64,000 nucleotides of DNA from Histomonas meleagridis 2922-C6/04-290x (Eukaryota > Protista > Parabasalia): NCBI GenBank assembly GCA_020184695.1, contig JAANOX010000236.1, positions 62,001-126,000 on the forward strand, in the 5' to 3' direction. A program made the translations under genes and the position numbers. The notes under the pieces are model-generated. The model was not told the DNA's origin. It worked only from the letters and a program-made list of their open reading frames with translations, and did not search any database. Each line of letters opens with the position of its first letter. Within the stretch, counting starts at the first letter, position 1. This document shows, piece by piece, positions 20,718 to 30,198 of the stretch.

Positions 20718-22340
20718 TTACTTAGCCTCAAATATGTAACATGTGAGTGCATCGCAATTCAAGTTGAATCCGCCATTTCCACTGTATTGTTGACCTGAGA
20801 TAAGATCTTTGAATGATGAACCTCCACAATTAACATAAACAGTTGTTGGTAAAGTTCCTGTATTAACAACAAAAACAATTTTTGTTTGTGTTTGAGTATC
20901 CCATTTGACATTAATAAGTGCTCCATCTTTAGTTGAAACACTATTAGAGCCTCTCCACATCGCTGGATAATTTTGGCGAATGTTCATTATCTTAGCAGTG
21001 TAATCATGCAAATCTTGTTCATTATTGTTGAATCCTGAGATATGTCCGTCAGTACGTGCAACATTATCACCTGCTGTATTTCCACCACAGCCATAAGATT
21101 GCCAGCAATCAGCGATGTCACCAACTTCATCACCATAATAAATAGTTATTGGACCAGTGTAAGCAGCTAAACAACCTAACGCGATCTTATAACGCTTCCA
21201 ATATGAAGGATTACTTCTATCATAACCATATTTGTTACGGATTAAGTTACCGAATCTCCAAACATCATGATTCGTAATGAAAAGATTTGGATAAACATCT
21301 GATGAATATCCTTTTTCACTTGGTGTCTTGAATACATTTGTAAGTGTACCAACACCATAGCCACCAGCACCACTTTCTTCTTGTGCAATAACTTGAACAA
21401 GGTTATAACGTGATGGGAAATCAAATGCTGATTTAAGACCATCTTGTGAATATGTTTGTGATTGGATTTCACTAGCACCACTCCAATGTTCACCAACCAT
21501 ATAACCAAGTGTACCCCATTGTTTGCCTTGGCTCTTACGTTCATTGCATACACTTTGAACTGCTTCACGAATTTCATGCCAATAGTTATGACCGTTTTGA
21601 TAGACTTGATAACATTGATCAAGACGCCAACCATCAATTTCATATTCACGGATCCAATATGTTGCAACTTCTTTATAAAAGTCTAAGCTTCCTGGATATG
21701 AAACTGGGTTACTGCCTCCTTGTGGATATTTACCACTTGGTGATCCTTTGACATTACCTCCATGATGACCGAAAACACCATCTAAAAAGATATACATTCC
21801 ACGATCGTGGCAGCCTTTGATAAGATTACGAAGATCATCATTAGAACCGAATTTAGGATCAACATTGAAATAATCAGTTGCAAAGTAACCTGTCGATTGA
21901 AGTAATGAACCACCAGTTCCACCTGTTGAATCAAAGACTGGTGTAAGCCAAATAGCATTGACATTAAGACCTTTGATGTAATCAAGAGCATTAATGATAC
22001 CTTTGAGATTACCTCTATGACTGCTTGGACCATAGCCTGTGCAATAGCATGATGATCCATCGCCTTGGAATGATGAAACCATAATTTGATAAATTGTAAG
22101 TGAATTGAAATCTGTGTTTAATCCATTTGATGCTGTTCCAATTGTAGTTGTATCTATTGTTGTTTGTGATGTTGATGATGTCGTTTTGTGGAATGTGATA
22201 AATCCGATTGTTGTTCCAACAATTAAACCAATTCCGACACACAAAGCTGCAACCCAGTAATATCTTCTTTTTGGTTTGACTTCCTTCTGGGATTCGATAT
22301 CCTTTGAACCTAAAAGGGGCTCGTTTTGTATTTCCTCCAT
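20718..22340 (-). CDS. GH13 alpha-amylase with N-terminal membrane anchor
   Basis: GNLKGIINALDYIKGLNVNAIWLTPVF, DGVFGH, catalytic DGWRLDQ, VGEHW and FITNHD. Hydrophobic segment YWVAALCVGIGLIVGTTIGFITF. First ATG at 22340. Confidence 0.88.
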   Translation of the reverse strand: MEEIQNEPLLGSKDIESQKEVKPKRRYYWVAALCVGIGLIVGTTIGFITFHKTTSSTSQTTIDTTTIGTASNGLNTDFNSLTIYQIMVSSFQGDGSSCYCTGYGPSSHRGNLKGIINALDYIKGLNVNAIWLTPVFDSTGGTGGSLLQSTGYFATDYFNVDPKFGSNDDLRNLIKGCHDRGMYIFLDGVFGHHGGNVKGSPSGKYPQGGSNPVSYPGSLDFYKEVATYWIREYEIDGWRLDQCYQVYQNGHNYWHEIREAVQSVCNERKSQGKQWGTLGYMVGEHWSGASEIQSQTYSQDGLKSAFDFPSRYNLVQVIAQEESGAGGYGVGTLTNVFKTPSEKGYSSDVYPNLFITNHDVWRFGNLIRNKYGYDRSNPSYWKRYKIALGCLAAYTGPITIYYGDEVGDIADCWQSYGCGGNTAGDNVARTDGHISGFNNNEQDLHDYTAKIMNIRQNYPAMWRGSNSVSTKDGALINVKWDTQTQTKIVFVVNTGTLPTTVYVNCGGSSFKDLISGQQYSGNGGFNLNCDALTCYIFEAK

Positions 22341-22860
22341 TAAAAAATGAAGTAACAAAGAAGGTTAGGTGTTCCATTTGAAAAATGAGAAGGGAAGGTC
22401 ATACGGCGGTTATTTCATATAAAAAGTGCTGACGGGTAAATCAGCCATCAAAAAGTTGTAATGTGAAGTAAATTATTCCTCAATAATGACTATAGTCATT
22501 TATCTAGCTGAATTATTCTAGTCTTTGTATACAGTGGGGTAATAAGTAGTGGGTAATGATATTCTAAAGTTTTTATTTAATTATTGATTTTTGAAATTTC
22601 CTATCAAATAATTGAAGTTAAGTTGTTTCCAATAATCATCACCAATGTAGGGAGTGTTGGCGTTTGGTTAATGAGATATTTGGTTGTAAGAATTTATAAA
22701 TTTTGCTAATTTTTTAACGAAAACATATTTCCATATATAAATAAACTGACCTTATCTTCCTAATATATGTATGTATGTATATGGGATGATAACTCTTATA
22801 TAAGACCAGATACAGAAGGATTTGTTTAACAAAAATTAACGTTCTCTATACCTTTGCCAA

Positions 22861-24075
22861 ATGATGAGGAGGAACTATTATGATGTTATTTGCTTAATGA
22901 AATTTGATCGTGAAAAGGGCTCTCATATTGTAAAGCGATATCCAGAAAATTTCAATCTTGGTCAACAAGAGCAATATTATGTTTCTTGTTCTTTTCCTGA
23001 GAACTCAAATCCAACTCAAAGCAAATGTATTTATTCATTTTCAATTTATCCATATGGTTCATGTTATGTTTATTCATTTTTTTTCAATAATGAACAATAT
23101 TCCATTGTTTTTGGTTCTCAATTTTATCTTTCAGACCTATTTTTCAAATTTCTACAAGCAGTTTCGAAAGATATGAATGATGTTCAACCAGAAACAATCT
23201 TTACAAAAGTTTGTGAAATGCTTTCCAATTGGAAAGTTGAAGATGAGATTTTTTATGCACAATTTCCAAACGAAGTTTTACAACTTTCACCCGACTACAC
23301 CTATGAAATCCTTTACAAGTCTTTTAATCCAGTTCAATGGCTTGGTACAAATGTTGATCTTCGTCAACTTTGGCATATCCTATTAACCAACAAAGGCATT
23401 CTTGTGTATGGCCATGATCCATGGCATATATCTAATGCAGTCTTTTCCATTCTTTCGCTTTCATCACCAGTTCGATACAATGATGATTACCTCACGTACA
23501 CACGATTTGGCGATCCGCGCTTTGCCGAAGTCATTGAGGGGTCGACTAGGTACAAAATTGTTGGCACCACGAATGATCTTGTTCTTGAGCGTTGCAAACA
23601 ATTTGCAATTGTAATAAAACTTCCCGACAAACCACAAAAGCCAAACAACGAAATTCGCGACGAGATCGAGCGACGCGAAAATCGATTGTTAGGTCGAATT
23701 GAAGATTTCATTGATCTTAAACTTGATGAAGATCCATATTTCGATCTTCTCTATAAAGATATTAATGAAATTGATTTGCATTATGTCGAATCGACAAAAA
23801 AGAATTCGAAACAGTTGAAATACGACGAAATAATCGAATTCACGAAAACGAAAACTTTCGATGAATGGAGAAGAGCAATTGTTTATAGAGACGCATTGAG
23901 AGAAGGATTCTTGTCGATACCGCCGAAGATGGCGATAAGAGAAAGAGACAAAAATACGCTGGAAAGGATGATGGGGATTGTGGAGGCACTGATGGAAAGA
24001 TATGTCGAAGACACGCATTTCATATCAGTGTTGTCATTACATAGAAATTTGTTAAGAAATTTGTTAAAGAATTAA
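22861..24075 (+). CDS. DENN-domain-like protein (candidate Rab GEF, DENND6/AVL9-like)
   Basis: N-terminal uDENN-like VICLMKFDREKGSHIVKRYP...SFPE; core LWHILLTNKGILVYGHDPWHISNAVFSILSL. Confidence 0.6.
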   Translation: MMRRNYYDVICLMKFDREKGSHIVKRYPENFNLGQQEQYYVSCSFPENSNPTQSKCIYSFSIYPYGSCYVYSFFFNNEQYSIVFGSQFYLSDLFFKFLQAVSKDMNDVQPETIFTKVCEMLSNWKVEDEIFYAQFPNEVLQLSPDYTYEILYKSFNPVQWLGTNVDLRQLWHILLTNKGILVYGHDPWHISNAVFSILSLSSPVRYNDDYLTYTRFGDPRFAEVIEGSTRYKIVGTTNDLVLERCKQFAIVIKLPDKPQKPNNEIRDEIERRENRLLGRIEDFIDLKLDEDPYFDLLYKDINEIDLHYVESTKKNSKQLKYDEIIEFTKTKTFDEWRRAIVYRDALREGFLSIPPKMAIRERDKNTLERMMGIVEALMERYVEDTHFISVLSLHRNLLRNLLKN

Positions 24076-24954
24076 AATATTTTTTGATACATTTGTTGTT
24101 CGTATACTTGATAAATCATGTAGATACGATTTGTTGCGAATTTAAGTAGAATTTGTGTTCATTTTGCGTTCGATTCACATATTGAAAGGCATAAGAAAAA
24201 ATCACTAAATTCTTATTAAATTTTTGATCACTTGTAACATGTTTTACATTGCAAAAATATGTAAAGAATTTACATTTCATTAAGAATATGATAATACAAT
24301 AAAATTGAGAATAAAACAAAATTTTGTTTGATGTGATTACATTTTGCTGGATCATAACACATAAAATGAGATAGATTAAATATATTATAAAAAAAATTAT
24401 TTTTGATATCATGTAATGCATTATTGTATTCTTTCTAATTAAAAACAATTAATATCGAAGTGTATTAAAAAATTCATTTTATAAGTATTACTCAACTTAT
24501 TTCATACATATTGAATATATTTTGGTTTAGTAAATATTAATTAAATTTTAAAGACATTAGGCCCACATTTTATATTGTTTATTATCAATAACATATTTCA
24601 TTAAAGTGATTGCAATTATTACTTTTTAAATTTGGAAAATTAAGAAAATATGAAAGTTATGCAAAATAAATTTTCATTGTAATTCACATGGTATTATTTC
24701 TTCTTGTTTCAAGCAAATATTATTAATATGGATAATTGCATTTCGCAGTATCTAATTAATTAATTCGATTTTCATGACTCCATTTATTATTTCATAAAAT
24801 AAACATTAAAAAAATTATTTTATTAATGTACTCATTTGGTAAAAACACTTTTTTAATTAAATTAATGAAAATATTAATGAAAAATGTAATACAAATTGTG
24901 ATTTTATTATGTAGAACAACGAATTTTATACGCTTTATATAAATGGAATTGCTT

Positions 24955-26313
24955 TCATTTTGAGCGAAGATATGCTAAAGTTTCTTTAGCTTTCATGTGT
25001 AGATTGTCATTTCTAATTCCTAATGATATTACCCTATGAATAGCTATTCTGTTTAATATACAATTATTTTTTCTTGAACAATCCACAGCAAATTGCTTAG
25101 CAGTATCTATAAAAGCTGAAATCAAATCTTCTTTAATATTTTTCTCTCCAATCCTAAGAATAGCGCAAGCTAAACCACTTAAACTATATAATTGCTTTGA
25201 TTCCATTTGTAATAATTCTTTCGATTGATGATCGTGGTTTTTCATTGCATAGAAATTTAATGCATAAATTTTATAGCACTTTGATAAATATGTATAATAT
25301 TGATTTGCATATTCAATCTCTTCAGGAAGCTCAAGACTTAAGAGTTTTCCTATTAGATTAGCAAAATACATAAAAGTTTCTAACTTAGGTGAAAGATTAT
25401 TTAGTGTTTCATGTGCTGTTAAATTATTAGAAAATGTATTAAACATAACAGAAATCATTGATATTATATATGGGTAAATTTCATATATATTTGTGCTCAA
25501 AAACAAATCATATAACAAATAAAAAACATCTTGAAAAATAAACAACATTTTTTCTTGTAATTTGATAAACATTTGATATAATGTGAATATACACAAGATT
25601 ATTAATTTTTCATCAGATGATTTAAATATTGGCAAAAGTGATCGAAAAATTACTGAGATCTTGCGTTCAGAATTGTTAGAAAAGAGTTCACCACCTAAGT
25701 ATGAAATGCCAGTGAAAATTGCCTTGATAGAAATTTTGATATTTTCATCATCATTAGGTAGAGACATAAGAATAATGATGGCTGAACTAAAGAAATTTCG
25801 GTAAATCGAAATGAGGGGATTTGTTTTGAGATCAATTTGGAAATTTGGTTTATGAAGAATTTTAATAAAAATCAGTAAAAATGAAATAGAACAATTGGGT
25901 TTCGTATTTGTTTTAATGATATTATTAGAAATTTCTTGGAGTGTGTCCAACCAATTTTCTTGTGCTCTAAAGATTTGAGCAAAGACTTTGCATGAAAACC
26001 TTTGAAGATCCAAGTCAGTACTTTGAATTGCTTGAGTAATGCTTTCCTTTAGTTCATTAACAAGAATGGAATTATCGACTAATTGATTTAAAACAGATTG
26101 ACTAATTGTGAGAATTCTATTTAGAATAAATACTGCATTCCTTCTTGTATTAATTGGAATATTTTCATTTTTTATCAAGAAAGCAAAAGCTTGAATGCAA
26201 TCAACCAGTTGTTCTTTAAACATATCATTTAATTCTTTTTCTATTTTTGTATCTGGATCATCAGTACAATAATTCTCTAAAATGTTATTAAAGTATTTAA
26301 TTTTTTCTTCCAT
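24955..26313 (-). CDS. Divergent HEAT-repeat protein, importin-beta N-terminal-like
   Basis: 452-aa helical ORF. The N-terminus (DDPDTKIEKELN...RRNAVFILNRIL; FSCKVFAQIFRAQENWLDTLQEI) resembles importin-beta HEAT 1-3. Confidence 0.5.
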   Translation of the reverse strand: MEEKIKYFNNILENYCTDDPDTKIEKELNDMFKEQLVDCIQAFAFLIKNENIPINTRRNAVFILNRILTISQSVLNQLVDNSILVNELKESITQAIQSTDLDLQRFSCKVFAQIFRAQENWLDTLQEISNNIIKTNTKPNCSISFLLIFIKILHKPNFQIDLKTNPLISIYRNFFSSAIIILMSLPNDDENIKISIKAIFTGISYLGGELFSNNSERKISVIFRSLLPIFKSSDEKLIILCIFTLYQMFIKLQEKMLFIFQDVFYLLYDLFLSTNIYEIYPYIISMISVMFNTFSNNLTAHETLNNLSPKLETFMYFANLIGKLLSLELPEEIEYANQYYTYLSKCYKIYALNFYAMKNHDHQSKELLQMESKQLYSLSGLACAILRIGEKNIKEDLISAFIDTAKQFAVDCSRKNNCILNRIAIHRVISLGIRNDNLHMKAKETLAYLRSK

Positions 26314-26495
26314 TTCTCATCATTAACTCTATCGTTATAAGCGTTTGTATTGTGTAACTAAAGTAAAAAATCAGAAGAAACGCAAATTCATTCAGCACAA
26401 AGAATTCTTTCTATTAGATCTGAGTAATTAGGATGAAAATTATTTAAAAAAAATATTTATTTTTATTAAAAAAAATATATAATTTAAACAAACAT

Positions 26496-29400
26496 TTAAA
26501 TTTCATCTAATGGTATTATCTTTGTGAAGTTTGTGAATGGCTTTGCATTTGCCTGATCAACATCAGAAGGTAATGTGTAGAAACATTTCTCGCCCAAAAT
26601 TTCGAACATTTTCGAGAATATTGGTGAGTTTTCGAGTGTTTTTCTTGATCCAACCAAAATGAACTTTGTCTTCGCTCTTGTTATAGACACGTTCAGTCTT
26701 TGCCAATCTGTTATATGTACTCCGGGAGAGCTCTTTCTATTCGATTTAACAGCAGAAAACATTACGACTTCTTTATCTCTTCCTTGGAACTTATCTACTG
26801 TATGACATTCAAGTTGTTTCTTAATGACCTCAATATCATTAATAAGTGTCGGGAAATATAATTGAGCACTTCTTAATTGAAATTCAAGTGCTTCTTTAAT
26901 GAAATGAACTTGTGCTCTATATGGTGATATGATACCAATTTGAGTTGGTGAAATCCCACATAAAACTAGAGTAACAGCAGCAGCAGAAATTATAGCTGCT
27001 TCACCTCTATTCATTTTTGAACCATGGCCTTTCATTTCTAACATTTCTACTTGATCAGTATCATACATCAAAATCGATGGGGTACCCTCAATCGTTGGTT
27101 TGAGCCACCCCTGGTGTAAACGGTCGAATTCATTCAATATCTCGGGGTGCCCCACATTCAATTTCGCATCACCAATAACCGATAAACCTGTTCTCATTCT
27201 TTGATTATAAATTAATGTATTACATAACTTTAAGATGTCATCATTCATTCTATATTGTGTCCTTAAAGTAACGACAGCATGAGGATGAGCTTCACATAAA
27301 ATCCTAAAGAGTGATGGAGGCTTTTCATTCATTTCAGATCCATATCTTCTAATTGGCGAAAGTTGATAATGATCACCAACGAGAATAAATCTTTTGCATC
27401 GTGATAAAGGTCCGAGTACAGTTGGAACGTCAATTTGTGAAGCTTCATCTACGACACAAACGTCGAATAATCTTGATGATATTAACGGATGATTAAATCC
27501 TAAACAAGTTGAAGCGAATATTTTACAATTATCGAGAACATTTTTAAGTGAATCGACTGAATCTGTTTCTTCGATAATTTTATCAAGTGAATAACGTAAT
27601 ATATCGTCATGAATACTTGTAGTTTGACCTATACGGATAAAGTTAATATGTTGTTCAGCAAGTTTGATACAAAGATTATCAACAGCAGTATGTGTGAAAG
27701 AAGCAATTAAAATTCGTTCATTACGTTTCGCTAATGTACCTATTAAAGATGCAACTGTTGTAGTTTTACCTGTGCCAGGCATTCCTAATAATAACATATA
27801 ATCTTTCGAAGCAATTGCTGTTTGAATTGCTCTTCTTTGATCTTCATTAAGTCCATAATCAATTGAATCTATATCAGGTAATGGATCAAATATTGGCGGC
27901 TGTAAATCTACAACTAATTCTCGTAATCGAATTCCAGATATAATATTATCAGATGCAAATAATGATAATAAATTCGTTCGACAAATATCAACGCCTGTAA
28001 TACTTTCCCATATATCTAAACATATTCCTTCTTCATCTGGAACTAAAACGGATTCAATAACTTCAACACATATTACATTTTCTTCAAGATTAATAGTGGT
28101 TACACGTCCTCGTCCTACAATTGGTGGTACACCATTACGTGTGAACATTACAAAAGAACCTTTTGTAATTGTCGATCTTTCGATTGTTCCTTCTTTAGCT
28201 ATAAAATTCATTTCAGTATTAATACCTTCAGCTACTTTTAAATCAGAAATTGCTCTTCCATTTCTAATCCTAATATTAAGTGGTGTCATCCAAATCATAG
28301 TTTGCGCGTTATATACTACTTGCATTTCTTCTAATAGATTTCGTTCAAAGTTACGATAAAATGAAATATGATGTTCATTAGGATAATATGGTAAATTAGA
28401 TCGAAGAAACTTAGCAATTGGTGACTTAATAGTTTCACCAGTTTCCAAAAATGCGCATGCAGTAATTCCACTACAATTATTACAGAATTTTTCTGTTCCG
28501 ACTGTACTTGGTACAGTTCCATGTGCTATAGCATGTGCTAATTTATTCCTTTTCATGATAATATGTAAAAGTTCATTATGCGTTGGTGCAATATTAAATG
28601 AAACACTATCGCCGGAATAAAATAATGCTCCGCTATTACCCGATTTTTCTGGATATTTCTCTTTCATCATAAATATATACGCGGCTAATTGTAAGATATG
28701 TTCTGACCGTGGAATGGCTCCCATCGATTTACCGGACTTAATTTCAAGTGGAAATATATGTTCGTCATCTTGAAGTGTTACATCAATTTTACCTTTTAAG
28801 CCCCATTGAAATGACCAAATACTTTCTTCTTCATTAACAATGCTACATCCATATGGCGGTAAAAATTGGATGTTTTCGAAGACATGCGTCGGCTGATTAA
28901 AGTTATATTTTTCAGATGATTGAAAATTTAATTTGATGTTGTCACTAATCTTTCGGATGACTGATAAAGAATTGGAAATTTCACGTATAAAAGTGGCTTT
29001 GTCTTGCCCTATAAAATAAAGACTAAGTTTTTCAGTCTCAAGAAGATTATCAATTCGAGCTTCAAAGGAATCAATACTACCTTCAATAAGAATGATTTGG
29101 ATCAACTCATGAATAATAGTTCCTTTCAACATAAAGAAGTTGGTGCAGCCTGAAGGACTGATGTCCATTAAATACGCTTTACGATCACAGATTTGACTGG
29201 CCGCTAATTTGGTTCCTTGAATAAGTATTTGTGGTAAAAGTATGAAATAACCTTGTTCGTTGTCAATGACCATTGAATATTTGTTGTTGTAAAGTCCATA
29301 TGTTTCATCTTTTTTAACCCAATTTCCAATCACAAAAGCAGTATCACCCATTGTGATTTTAGATGAGCACCAAAAACCACGGAGATGAACAAAACGTTCT

Positions 29401-29651
29401 TCTTGTCCAATACCAGGCCATAGACGTACGATTAATTCTGACTCATAGATTTGATCATCAATACTTTGTTCAAATGTATCTATGACAATAAACAAAGGTT
29501 GAGTAGTTGATATTTCACCAGCTTCTTGACAGGATCCACTTGATGGTGGTAAATCAGAAGAAAAAGGAAGCTCCATAAGCTGATTTGAAACCTCTGTAAA
29601 AAGAGGAGACATTTCTGTCATGCTGTCATCCGAATCTGAGAGAAAATCCAT
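26496..29651 (-). CDS. DNA2: DNA2 nuclease-helicase
   Basis: PD-(D/E)XK nuclease (WGLKGKIDVT, PLEIKSGK, HILQLAAY) with Fe-S cysteines (QICDRKAYL, CNNCSGITAC). SF1 helicase motifs GMPGTGKTT, VDEASQ, VGDHYQL, QYRMN, TVDKFQGRDK, RLNVSITRAK. Confidence 0.93.
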   Translation of the reverse strand: MDFLSDSDDSMTEMSPLFTEVSNQLMELPFSSDLPPSSGSCQEAGEISTTQPLFIVIDTFEQSIDDQIYESELIVRLWPGIGQEERFVHLRGFWCSSKITMGDTAFVIGNWVKKDETYGLYNNKYSMVIDNEQGYFILLPQILIQGTKLAASQICDRKAYLMDISPSGCTNFFMLKGTIIHELIQIILIEGSIDSFEARIDNLLETEKLSLYFIGQDKATFIREISNSLSVIRKISDNIKLNFQSSEKYNFNQPTHVFENIQFLPPYGCSIVNEEESIWSFQWGLKGKIDVTLQDDEHIFPLEIKSGKSMGAIPRSEHILQLAAYIFMMKEKYPEKSGNSGALFYSGDSVSFNIAPTHNELLHIIMKRNKLAHAIAHGTVPSTVGTEKFCNNCSGITACAFLETGETIKSPIAKFLRSNLPYYPNEHHISFYRNFERNLLEEMQVVYNAQTMIWMTPLNIRIRNGRAISDLKVAEGINTEMNFIAKEGTIERSTITKGSFVMFTRNGVPPIVGRGRVTTINLEENVICVEVIESVLVPDEEGICLDIWESITGVDICRTNLLSLFASDNIISGIRLRELVVDLQPPIFDPLPDIDSIDYGLNEDQRRAIQTAIASKDYMLLLGMPGTGKTTTVASLIGTLAKRNERILIASFTHTAVDNLCIKLAEQHINFIRIGQTTSIHDDILRYSLDKIIEETDSVDSLKNVLDNCKIFASTCLGFNHPLISSRLFDVCVVDEASQIDVPTVLGPLSRCKRFILVGDHYQLSPIRRYGSEMNEKPPSLFRILCEAHPHAVVTLRTQYRMNDDILKLCNTLIYNQRMRTGLSVIGDAKLNVGHPEILNEFDRLHQGWLKPTIEGTPSILMYDTDQVEMLEMKGHGSKMNRGEAAIISAAAVTLVLCGISPTQIGIISPYRAQVHFIKEALEFQLRSAQLYFPTLINDIEVIKKQLECHTVDKFQGRDKEVVMFSAVKSNRKSSPGVHITDWQRLNVSITRAKTKFILVGSRKTLENSPIFSKMFEILGEKCFYTLPSDVDQANAKPFTNFTKIIPLDEI

Positions 29652-30198
29652 AAGAAAAGGCTGAAGGAAATCGAGCTTGTGGTTTAATTGCTTTCATAAG
29701 ACGGTTAATCAGACAAAGGCTGCCAAATAATAATTACGTTTACCATTTCCACTGACTACATTGAATATTGTTTTATGTTATAACATTTCTGCTAATTTTA
29801 ATAAAACAATAAGTGATAATAATATATGTCTTACCTCACTTGCTCAATTTGATAAATGTTTGTCTATTTTATCCGTTCATATTTTTTGAGTGATTTCAAA
29901 ATGCTTTTTCCCTTGGAGTTAACATAAATTTTCAAACTTTAAAATTCTATAATACTAAAGTCGTATATATTATAATTATCTGGTTCATTTAAACATATTT
30001 CATTGTTTATAAAATGGATAATAACTCACAATTTTTTTAATAACAACAAAGTTAATAAAATTAAAAATTTTTTTAATAAATAAATAAACGTCATTTAATG
30101 TGAAATCCAGACTTTTCAAGTATGAATTTCATTAACAGAAAATTCATTCAAATTAAAGAAAATATCAATATTTTTGGAAAATATTACTATTTCACTCC

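Noticed and set aside
24116-24448. 110-aa hydrophobic ORF in AT-rich intergenic DNA
   Set aside because: Composition is typical of random AT-rich sequence and has no recognisable motif.
28300-29200. Cas4-like nuclease with Fe-S cysteines
   Set aside because: It is the normal N-terminal nuclease domain of DNA2, fused to its SF1 helicase.
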